From a virus, in IMG/VR virus record IMGVR_UViG_3300005512_000177: a DNA stretch of 33,269 nt. One strand, 5' to 3'. The notes under the pieces were generated by a model. It was given only the letters and a program-made list of their open reading frames with translations, searched no databases and was not told the DNA's origin. This document shows positions 23,159 to 30,902 of this stretch, piece after piece (position 1 is the first letter of the stretch; every line of letters begins with the position of its first letter). The position numbers and the translations under genes are program-made.

Positions 23159-24406
23159 CTATACTCCTGTTGCTCCTGTTTGAAAGTTGAATCTCTGGGG
23201 CTCCACATTCATTTGTTTCTTGGTTATTGGATACAAGAAACTGATCAAATAACCTAAAGAATCGTTTGCGTGATCCCATCCTTCATCCTTTGTTGGCAGG
23301 TTAGTTCCGGCCTTGTAAGTATGCCTGATTAAACTATTTATTAGGGCTTTACACTTAGGGTCTATAACTACACCTCTTATACCCATGGCACTACACAGCT
23401 TACTATTAACACTATTGATCCTATCACGGATACTCATATGCCTGCTTGGCATTTTCAATATGAAACCATTGTTCTGTAAGATCGAAGCATCAGTCCTCCT
23501 AGCACTACTGGTTCGCCTCTGTCTTGCCGCTGGATCAGGATAAGCAAATATTTTTTTGCCAGGATAACGCCTTAAAATCTCCTCACACATCTCATCCGTG
23601 TTGGAACTCCATATCTGTATTTCATCAAACACATAAACGATGTTGTCCTTGATATATGACACGGTAGCAAACATTGGATTGAGGTTAAAGTCAATACCAA
23701 TATGGACAGCAGTGACATCCTCTGGCACCGCAACATTCTTAACATTATGTTTCATATCGAACCCATAATATATCACACCAGAATAAGTTTCAAAAGTGGC
23801 CTGATACTCCTGGCGAAATGTCTTGGCATCTAGATCTTTTTTAGCTTGTTCTATCTCCTCGTCAGGAACCATACCTCCATCAATAGTGGTATATTGCCAA
23901 CTCTGCCAATTTTCATCTGTGGTCTTTTGCCCCTGTTGATATAGATCGTGGAACCAATTCAAACCCTTTGGGGTTCCTGTAAAAAAAACGTGGCCACCTG
24001 TGTCTGACAATGTTGGTCTCAACACTTCTTTCCAGGCCGATTCTGATATGTCAGCGGTCTCATCTAGCACTAAAAAATTTAGACCAACACCACGAAGTGA
24101 GTCCGGATTATCAGCACCTCTTAGGCATATCCTACTGCCATTACGAAGATGTAAAGTCAATTCTGCTTCGTTGGCCTTCTTAATCCAATTGAGGTCATTC
24201 AGCATTTTTTTAATCTGAACCCATACTACCTGCTTGGCCTGTCTATATGATGGGGCAACATACCAACAAAGTTGATTTGGTTGCCGGGCGAAATATGCCA
24301 ACTGCCTGATTGCTAAAAAAGTTTTTCCGAAGCGTCGGCCTGTCACAAGCACTTTGAATCTAGCGGGATGATCTGCGACTTCCTTCTGAGGTAAAGATAA
24401 TTTCAT
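23159..24406 (-). CDS. terL: Terminase large subunit
   Basis: This is track ORF 23159..24424 (TTG start). ATG at 24406 (MKLSLPQKE...) is preferred because it forms a TAATG overlap with the TerS stop. Motifs: Walker A-like 'VTGRRFGKT', Walker B 'FLVLDETAD', and a C-terminal nuclease region with 'GIDFNLNP' and 'DHANDSLGY'. Confidence 0.85.
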   Translation of the reverse strand: MKLSLPQKEVADHPARFKVLVTGRRFGKTFLAIRQLAYFARQPNQLCWYVAPSYRQAKQVVWVQIKKMLNDLNWIKKANEAELTLHLRNGSRICLRGADNPDSLRGVGLNFLVLDETADISESAWKEVLRPTLSDTGGHVFFTGTPKGLNWFHDLYQQGQKTTDENWQSWQYTTIDGGMVPDEEIEQAKKDLDAKTFRQEYQATFETYSGVIYYGFDMKHNVKNVAVPEDVTAVHIGIDFNLNPMFATVSYIKDNIVYVFDEIQIWSSNTDEMCEEILRRYPGKKIFAYPDPAARQRRTSSARRTDASILQNNGFILKMPSRHMSIRDRINSVNSKLCSAMGIRGVVIDPKCKALINSLIRHTYKAGTNLPTKDEGWDHANDSLGYLISFLYPITKKQMNVEPQRFNFQTGATGV

Positions 24407-24711
24407 TAAGCATCTTCTGGCCAAGGTAAAGGATCATTGCTTTCAGTTTCTGTTGGTGAATCCTGTTGAGAAAGATAATTTTTTCCTAAGAATATTAACA
24501 TCCTTACATCCTTATCCTTGACCGCTTTTTCATATTGCGCCCTTCTCAAACCCTTTTTACCTTCTGCTCTGCCTTTTTCAATCACATCTTTGTATCTCTT
24601 CTTGAGATTATCAACACTGGTGTCCATCACCATCGCGATCTCTTCGTAACTACACATTATCAGTGCCAGTCTTTCAATCATATCTTTATCAAGTTTGTAT
24701 GACTTCGCCAT
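24406..24711 (-). CDS. terS: Terminase small subunit
   Basis: Track ORF of 101 aa directly upstream of TerL. It has an HTH-like 'CSYEEIAMVMDTSVDNLKKRY' and 'MLIFLGKNYLSQQD', typical of small terminases. Confidence 0.65.
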   Translation of the reverse strand: MAKSYKLDKDMIERLALIMCSYEEIAMVMDTSVDNLKKRYKDVIEKGRAEGKKGLRRAQYEKAVKDKDVRMLIFLGKNYLSQQDSPTETESNDPLPWPEDA

Positions 24712-25058
24712 TATAATGTTTTCTCCGCTACTATTATTCTAAAACTTCTTGCGTCAGTATCGCCCTGTGTAGTGACGATCGTTACTTTGACCGTATATGT
24801 ATTTTGTGCGGTGCCATTATGGACTCTTACACTGACCACTTTACCCGAACTTATTATAACATCTGTGTTTGCGTCTGTAGGTAATGCCAAAGGTGATAGA
24901 TCACCTGATATTGTGCTGATGCTGACACTAGCAGATAAAATGCTGTCTCCACTAGCGAGGTAATCGGTAAAATCTAATCCATATTGGATGTTACTATCTG
25001 GATCTTTGACAAAATATAATCCAGCGTTATCCTTTCGTGCGCCTGTTAAGTTTGCCAT
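24711..25058 (-). CDS. Small Ig-like fibre/tail-associated protein
   Basis: Track ORF of 115 aa. The pattern 'VKDPDSNIQYGLDFTDYLASGDSILSASV...YTVKVTIVTTQGDTDARSFRIIV' matches a family I recognise next to fibre genes in many phages (KDP...LDY.FDWS..L..GDTI...). Confidence 0.5.
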   Translation of the reverse strand: MANLTGARKDNAGLYFVKDPDSNIQYGLDFTDYLASGDSILSASVSISTISGDLSPLALPTDANTDVIISSGKVVSVRVHNGTAQNTYTVKVTIVTTQGDTDARSFRIIVAEKTL

Positions 25059-27145
25059 TACGCCTCACTCCTTACTCTTGGAGTTGTAAATCTTGATGAT
25101 AATGCTGGTATTTTCAATTTGATACTCCTTGTTTCTTCTGGGACTAAAACTGTCCTTGTTTCTGCTGTTATCATATTTACTTTATTTTCACTATCAACTA
25201 AAGTTATTCTATTTTCACTTACTGGCGATAATTGCCTGGTTTCACTTTCAACCTTTATTATATTGAAAGGATCTGCCTGGAAGAATAATCGTCCCACCAA
25301 TACTGTGCTGTGAAGAGCTGTAATTGCCGTCGCCGCACCGTGTATGAAAGATGGTATCGTTTCTGATGTTGAAACTATTACGGTAGTATCTATCGCTCCA
25401 CTTGGTTTGAACGACGGCTCTACATCTACCACTGCGAATGTTCCACTTATGTCAGCAAATGTGTCAGTTATCGCAGAAGCAGTCAATACAGGTGAAAAGG
25501 CCCCTGTGATTGAAACTGGTGTGTCAGAAAGTGTAAATTGGTAATTTCCTATCAATGTTGGCGTGAATGCCGTTGTGATATCACACTCAAATTCTAAAAT
25601 ACCACCAGCATCACAAGCCACTGAAGCAGTGCTTGAAATTTCCACATTAGCCGCTTTTTCAAAAGCACTATTTTCATCTATAGTAAATGTGCCAGCGAAT
25701 GTTACAATTTCAGTTCCTACTTTGAATGAAGGACTGATTGTCATTTCTACTTCATTTGCTAATTCAAATTCTCTATCCCAAGTATCTTCTGGCCAATTAT
25801 CCCAACCTGATTCATCACCTAACCAAGTCAGCACAGGCCAGTTTTCCCAATCAGTCGTTGCTAGGAAATCCCAAGTGTATTCACCTTCATTCAACGAGAA
25901 GTTATCTACAGCGAAACCAGTCTCGAAATATGTGTTTAAGTTGAACGAATTCCAAGTGTAATCACCTGCGATATCATAGATCATACTAGCGGTGGTTGTC
26001 ACCGTGTGAGCCGGTGCTATATTGAAGTTGGTATCAATTAATCCGTGAATTTTGTTACCATCAATTGATGAAGTAAATGCTGAACTGATAATGCTGTCTG
26101 AAAAAACCAAGTTAGCATATGAAAGAGTAGCATCAAAAAGAACTGTGGTATCTATTCCTGTGTCAAATTTTAAATTACTTTGATTGGTGGTTGAACTTGT
26201 TATAACAATATTGCTCCCACTAAATTTTCTATTTGCGGACTGCTCACTGATGCTGACTACTGAGCTGATAGATGCCTCACCTTGGAATGCTACGGTTGGA
26301 ACTACATCCATACTTGCCGTAGTAGATATTTCACCAATCGTATCACTGCCTACACCATCAATCGTATATAAATTGGCCTCCCAACTCCTCTGAACGGTGC
26401 CTTTGAAATATATCTTTGGTTCATATGAACCACCAGGATTCGTTATGGGTTCTAATCTCAATCGCACCATACCCCAATTTGCTGTCATAGAGGGAGATGA
26501 GAAATCTAATACGAATCCTTTGCCTATGTGTCCAGTCAATTCACCACCTGTGACACTGCTTCCCTGTGAAGTGAATGTAATGGTTGCTCCACCATTACCA
26601 TCTAACGGACTTGAGGCCGTTATTGTCTGATTGAAATTGGCAGCAGTCAAATTCTGTATAAAATTACTATTACCACCACCACTCTTACCATTTTCTGTGT
26701 AGAAAAAATCAAAACTAGTTGGCACCACATAACCACCATTCAATGTGGTGTGTGTTACCTTAACACGCGGAACATATTGACCAGTTACAACCGCTCTACA
26801 TTTAGAGCTTGTCAAAACTGCGTCTAATGAAGTCCTAGGATCCCTGTTGTCTAGATCCGCCTGAATTGCTTTTATACCCGAATTCTGTCTGTTGGGCGCT
26901 GCCGTGGCCGCGGCTTCTGTGGCACCTGCTCCATAAGCTGGTGTGTTGATGCCAGTGATATTATTGTATGCGAAGAATGACCAGCTTGACCCATCATCAT
27001 CATAATGGGACAGCGTAGAGGTTCCACTATCATCTACACTTTCATCTGTGGGTGTGATACTATAGATGTAGTAATTTAAGTCTGTGGGTGTGGTAGTCCT
27101 ATTACCCTGACCATCTACATATATGAATTGTTTTGTATCAGACAC
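25058..27145 (-). CDS. Large structural (fibre/side-fibre-like) protein, 695 aa
   Basis: Track ORF with a GTG start. It is T/S/N-rich beta-type sequence with a Trp/acidic patch (TWDFLATTDWENWPVLTWLGDESGWDNWPEDTWD) and a C-terminal oligo-repeat. Confidence 0.6.
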   Translation of the reverse strand: MSDTKQFIYVDGQGNRTTTPTDLNYYIYSITPTDESVDDSGTSTLSHYDDDGSSWSFFAYNNITGINTPAYGAGATEAAATAAPNRQNSGIKAIQADLDNRDPRTSLDAVLTSSKCRAVVTGQYVPRVKVTHTTLNGGYVVPTSFDFFYTENGKSGGGNSNFIQNLTAANFNQTITASSPLDGNGGATITFTSQGSSVTGGELTGHIGKGFVLDFSSPSMTANWGMVRLRLEPITNPGGSYEPKIYFKGTVQRSWEANLYTIDGVGSDTIGEISTTASMDVVPTVAFQGEASISSVVSISEQSANRKFSGSNIVITSSTTNQSNLKFDTGIDTTVLFDATLSYANLVFSDSIISSAFTSSIDGNKIHGLIDTNFNIAPAHTVTTTASMIYDIAGDYTWNSFNLNTYFETGFAVDNFSLNEGEYTWDFLATTDWENWPVLTWLGDESGWDNWPEDTWDREFELANEVEMTISPSFKVGTEIVTFAGTFTIDENSAFEKAANVEISSTASVACDAGGILEFECDITTAFTPTLIGNYQFTLSDTPVSITGAFSPVLTASAITDTFADISGTFAVVDVEPSFKPSGAIDTTVIVSTSETIPSFIHGAATAITALHSTVLVGRLFFQADPFNIIKVESETRQLSPVSENRITLVDSENKVNMITAETRTVLVPEETRSIKLKIPALSSRFTTPRVRSEA

Positions 27146-27174
27146 TCAAGCATCCCAGAAATGTTAAAGACTTA

Positions 27175-27684
27175 TTAGTCTAAACTAATAGCAAGGTTGC
27201 TGGCTGAAATCGTGAATTGGTCGCCTGAACTTACAGTTTTAGGCGTGGTCAAAGCACCGAAAAACAACACATTGCCACCTGAACTATTGTCCATAATTGC
27301 GATATGAGTTACTGTTGATCCATAACCAGCATCTGTGGTGTAATTTGCTCCTGCTACTGGAAATGAAACTTGTGTCGTATTTTTAATCTGACCTGTGTTG
27401 TATCCACCTGCTGAACCTGCCGCTCCGAATGTGACCGATTGTCTAACATACTGGGTTGAACCACCTGTTGTAATTTCAAAATCACCCCAATCCGATGCTG
27501 ATCCTGTAGCTGAAGTTCCTGATTCTAAAGCACCTGCTACATTATTGCTGTTATCGGCGAAAAGCGCCACATAAACAGTTGCTGGCGGTTGGTATCCCGC
27601 ACCTGTTCCTGCTGTAAGGCTACCATTGCCATATCTTAAAACGTGATTTAAAAGAGTGTCTTCTAAATAATTTGACGCTGACAT
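27175..27684 (-). CDS. Conserved fibre-associated protein
   Basis: Track ORF of 169 aa; AAAGGAGAC lies upstream. The pattern 'NYLEDTLLNHVL...VYVALFAD...YVRQSVTFGAA...VSFPVA...THIAIMDNSSGGNVLFFGALT...SGDQFTISASNLAISLD' matches a family widespread beside tail-fibre genes (N..EN.LL...F......Y.AL.T..P....G.EVSG..Y.R). Confidence 0.55.
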   Translation of the reverse strand: MSASNYLEDTLLNHVLRYGNGSLTAGTGAGYQPPATVYVALFADNSNNVAGALESGTSATGSASDWGDFEITTGGSTQYVRQSVTFGAAGSAGGYNTGQIKNTTQVSFPVAGANYTTDAGYGSTVTHIAIMDNSSGGNVLFFGALTTPKTVSSGDQFTISASNLAISLD

Positions 27685-27733
27685 AATTTTGTCTCCTTTG
27701 TAAATTTACAGTTTTATTTATTTGTTCAACAAC

Positions 27734-28276
27734 TTAACTTTCCAACTCGTATATTGTTATCGTGTATGAAGGAAAGTTGAAACCAAATCCACCACCTGGG
27801 CTCATAGATACCAATTGGGTCAATTGATTGCTTGAGAATGTGATGTTGCCAAGATTAGTGGCCGTGAAGTTGATTGGAATACCCCCAGTGTTTGTTGAAC
27901 GGGATCCTGAAAAAGTTGCTGAATTGGAGAATGAGAAGCCTGATGGCAGACTATTGACATTGGCGGCCTGCCCCACCCCAACCTGTGCGGAATAAGTGGC
28001 CGCTGAATTGGCACTATTGAAGGCCGTGGCACTTGAGATGCCAGTGATCTGGACATTGTAGGTGCCGTCCGCTATTGGTATCACCTTACCATTGGAGGTG
28101 CCCACTGGTGTGCCCGCTATGTTCAACTCATCTTTCGTAACATCAAAACTCGTGCTCATCATATTAGATCCAACAGCAGATCCACTCTTTCCACGAAGCA
28201 CTATCACGGTCTCCAATGGCACGAACGCCGCTGATGACGATGTGGTCAGTATGTTTCCCTTGAATCCTAATGGCAT
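27734..28276 (-). CDS. Hypothetical structural protein (180 aa)
   Basis: Track ORF, coupled 1 nt to the upstream fibre gene. S/T/N/G-rich. Confidence 0.5.
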   Translation of the reverse strand: MPLGFKGNILTTSSSAAFVPLETVIVLRGKSGSAVGSNMMSTSFDVTKDELNIAGTPVGTSNGKVIPIADGTYNVQITGISSATAFNSANSAATYSAQVGVGQAANVNSLPSGFSFSNSATFSGSRSTNTGGIPINFTATNLGNITFSSNQLTQLVSMSPGGGFGFNFPSYTITIYELES

Positions 28277-29112
28277 TATGTGGTGAAGTCCTGTGCTATG
28301 TTGCCAAGGTAATTGGTGCCATCATAGAACACGGATACCACATCAATGTCTCCCGCACCAGTTGAAAGTGTTGGTGCCCCACCTGGGAACTTGACGGAAG
28401 TGAATGAGCCAGTCCTTGAACCCGTGCCATCCTGTGTGATGATGATCATTATTGATTGTCCCGCAACCATATTTGATATGGTGAATGTGGCGTTGGTGGC
28501 CAGCGTGACCGTGTGGACTGGTGCCGTGCTGGCATCCACACTGATTGACGCTGAACTGGTAAGTGCGTTGATGTCCTCCTTGTAGCCCACATTGAATCTC
28601 ACTATGTCATCAAGGTCTATGGTGTCACCTGATGATTGTATGGTTGAATTGGTTATTGTTAGATCACCATTGCCATCATCAGTGATGTAGCCTGCGTCAT
28701 TAGTGAATGAACTGACGTTAGTTGGAGCACCCGTTAGGCTTGAATATGTGAAATCCTGTGCGGTGCCCGTGATGGTTAATGTATCACCTGATACTGCTGT
28801 GGTGATGCCCGTGGCTCCCGCTATCTTGAATGTCTCCCCTGGATTGACCGCCGTGCCAGTTGAGTCGTCACCCACGAATGTGGTGGCTGACACCGCTGAT
28901 CCAGTGGCGTCCGTGTCCAGCTCGAATCTCGAGTTTGAAGTGTTGTATTTGAGGACCTGTCCGTTGGTGGGACCATCTATGTTGAACATATCAATGATGG
29001 CATTGACGTTATCCACGTTCTGCTTGATGTCCGCCCGTGCTAAACGGGGTGAGTCAGAGCCTGAGTCAAGGTTGGCTGTTGATGCTTTTGTTCCTGTTGG
29101 CCAAGTCGCCAT
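28276..29112 (-). CDS. Tail fibre protein (278 aa) sharing shaft module and C-terminal tip domain with the large fibre
   Basis: Track ORF. It has a fibre-type N-terminus 'LDSGSDSPRLARADIKQNVDNVNAI' and the shaft module 'FVGDDSTGTAVNPGETFKIAGATGITTAVSGDTLTITG'. Its C-terminus 'HTVTLATNATFTISN...IITQDGTGSRTGSF...VVSVFYDGTNY' aligns with the C-terminus of the 1287-aa fibre. Confidence 0.75.
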   Translation of the reverse strand: MATWPTGTKASTANLDSGSDSPRLARADIKQNVDNVNAIIDMFNIDGPTNGQVLKYNTSNSRFELDTDATGSAVSATTFVGDDSTGTAVNPGETFKIAGATGITTAVSGDTLTITGTAQDFTYSSLTGAPTNVSSFTNDAGYITDDGNGDLTITNSTIQSSGDTIDLDDIVRFNVGYKEDINALTSSASISVDASTAPVHTVTLATNATFTISNMVAGQSIMIIITQDGTGSRTGSFTSVKFPGGAPTLSTGAGDIDVVSVFYDGTNYLGNIAQDFTT

Positions 29113-29138
29113 AGTGTGTCTCCTTTTTCTGTATTTAA

Positions 29139-30893
29139 TTAGATCGTGTCAGTCTTTATGATCCTGTAGTAGTTGCCGCAGGTGATAACACCCACGCCCT
29201 TGTTGATACGCATACCACTCAAGGTCTTTGTGCCTGAAGAGGCTGGTATCGTGCCAAGGTCTATGGTGTCCGCTATCCTGCTGATGGTTGGTGCCGCACT
29301 GCTCTGTGGCACTATCTTGAATATGCTCACATACACGTTGGTGCTGGTGGTCCAGGCCACGCCAAAGTAATCGCCCTCCAGGGCGAACAGGGCCGTGTTG
29401 GCTGGATCGTATGCGGTGCTGGAACTATCACTGCCATTCACCGTGCTGACCTGTATGTTGTTGCTGGCTGGCGTGGTCTGTCCGCCCAAGCTATTGCCAA
29501 ACGCCTGTGATATACCCGTGCTGTCAGAGTCAGCGTAGATCAGGGTCTTGTTGTTAAAGTTGTCGTTGGTGTTCTGGTCAGGGTTGCCTGAACACGCGGT
29601 CAGCAGTAGGTTGCCTATGTCAGTGACGCTGGCACAATCACCGTAGAGCCCAATGTAGTGGTCTCCAATCTGTATGGCCTTCATCTTGGCCCTGATCTTG
29701 GCCTCCGCCGCGTCCCTGCCCGTGTTCCAGCCCGTCTGGTATTGTCCGTAGTTGTTGTCAGAGTTATCGCCACCAGCAACGTAGAACTCAGAGCTTGTTG
29801 TCTGGTCCTCCAAGTGCCCAAACCTCTGGTGCGTCCAGTTGAACTTGAACATTCTGCCAGTTGGGTGGAAGTTCGCACTATCTCCAAAGCCCTGACTGGT
29901 GCTGGCGTAGGTGAATGCCACCGTGTGTATGCCTGCCACTGATGTGGTGAATAGTGGGTCGCCCACCGTCCTGGTGAAGGGGATTAGGAAGTTGTCCTTG
30001 TTCTGTTGCGGATACTGGTTGCCGTCACCACCATATGTGGTCTGCCAGAGCACGGTGCCACCACCCTCAAAGTGTGACCTCATCTTGTTATTAGATTCAA
30101 CATAGTTGGGACTGGTGTCACCAATCACATTGCCATCGCGTTCCAAGAGTGCGGAACTGGGCGAGTCAATCAGGTCCTGTGTGTTGGCTATCCTGTAGGG
30201 CGTGAAGAACTGCCTGTTGGTTGCGGTGATGTTGTCGTTGTTCTCTGGGTTTATGGCCCACACCTGTAGGTAGTTGGTCTTGGCGTCGCTTGGCCAACCC
30301 AGGCCATTCTCATCCGTCTGTGATCCACCAAACTCGCCACCATAACTGCCACCATTGTAAGTGTTGAAGTCTCCAGTGTAGGGGAATCGCTCTGAAAGTG
30401 TGACCGCCACGCCCTCGTGTGGTGGTTTGTAGGTGCTGTCCTGGTGATAGAACTTGTAGAGTCCGCTGATCTTGGAACCACCGTTCAGGCTGTCGCCGCC
30501 CCAACTGTATGTGACCAGGCTACCATCATCGTCTGTGCCCGTCAGCAACACCAATGGGCCATAGCCCCGCATCGTGCCCGTGTTGGCGTGATTGCCGTAT
30601 AACTTGAATTGTCCAGCGGTGGCATCATCTGTGTCCGCTATGAACAGGGCCACCTTATTGACTGACCCATCCGTCAGCACCAATGCCCCACGCCCACCGC
30701 CAAAGCCGTGTGCGTTCATTGGAGTGGCCGTCACGCTGATTGAACTTGCGATCGCCGTGGATGTGTCATCCACCCACTGTTGCCAGGCTGAATCGTTGGT
30801 GCCGTCATAGGTGCTCCAGTCCGCGGTCCTGCCCGTGCCGCCTGATGATGAGCCGCCTATCCAAACTGCCCTGCCCGCTCCTGGGAATGTCAT
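29139..30893 (-). CDS. Large hypothetical structural / receptor-binding candidate (584 aa)
   Basis: Track ORF in the fibre block, G/T/S/N/Y/W-rich. No family recognised. It lies in the GC-richest part of the late region. Confidence 0.55.
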   Translation of the reverse strand: MTFPGAGRAVWIGGSSSGGTGRTADWSTYDGTNDSAWQQWVDDTSTAIASSISVTATPMNAHGFGGGRGALVLTDGSVNKVALFIADTDDATAGQFKLYGNHANTGTMRGYGPLVLLTGTDDDGSLVTYSWGGDSLNGGSKISGLYKFYHQDSTYKPPHEGVAVTLSERFPYTGDFNTYNGGSYGGEFGGSQTDENGLGWPSDAKTNYLQVWAINPENNDNITATNRQFFTPYRIANTQDLIDSPSSALLERDGNVIGDTSPNYVESNNKMRSHFEGGGTVLWQTTYGGDGNQYPQQNKDNFLIPFTRTVGDPLFTTSVAGIHTVAFTYASTSQGFGDSANFHPTGRMFKFNWTHQRFGHLEDQTTSSEFYVAGGDNSDNNYGQYQTGWNTGRDAAEAKIRAKMKAIQIGDHYIGLYGDCASVTDIGNLLLTACSGNPDQNTNDNFNNKTLIYADSDSTGISQAFGNSLGGQTTPASNNIQVSTVNGSDSSSTAYDPANTALFALEGDYFGVAWTTSTNVYVSIFKIVPQSSAAPTISRIADTIDLGTIPASSGTKTLSGMRINKGVGVITCGNYYRIIKTDTI

Positions 30894-30902
30894 AGTGTCT
30901 CC

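Noticed and set aside
29658-30810. Cluster of 60-95-aa ORFs on both strands (29658..29942, 29681..29887, 30251..30481, 30310..30504, 30417..30602, 30592..30810)
   Set aside because: All are nested in other frames of the 584-aa gene in the GC-richest part of the late region. They are Arg/Pro/Trp-rich, typical of out-of-frame GC-rich translation.
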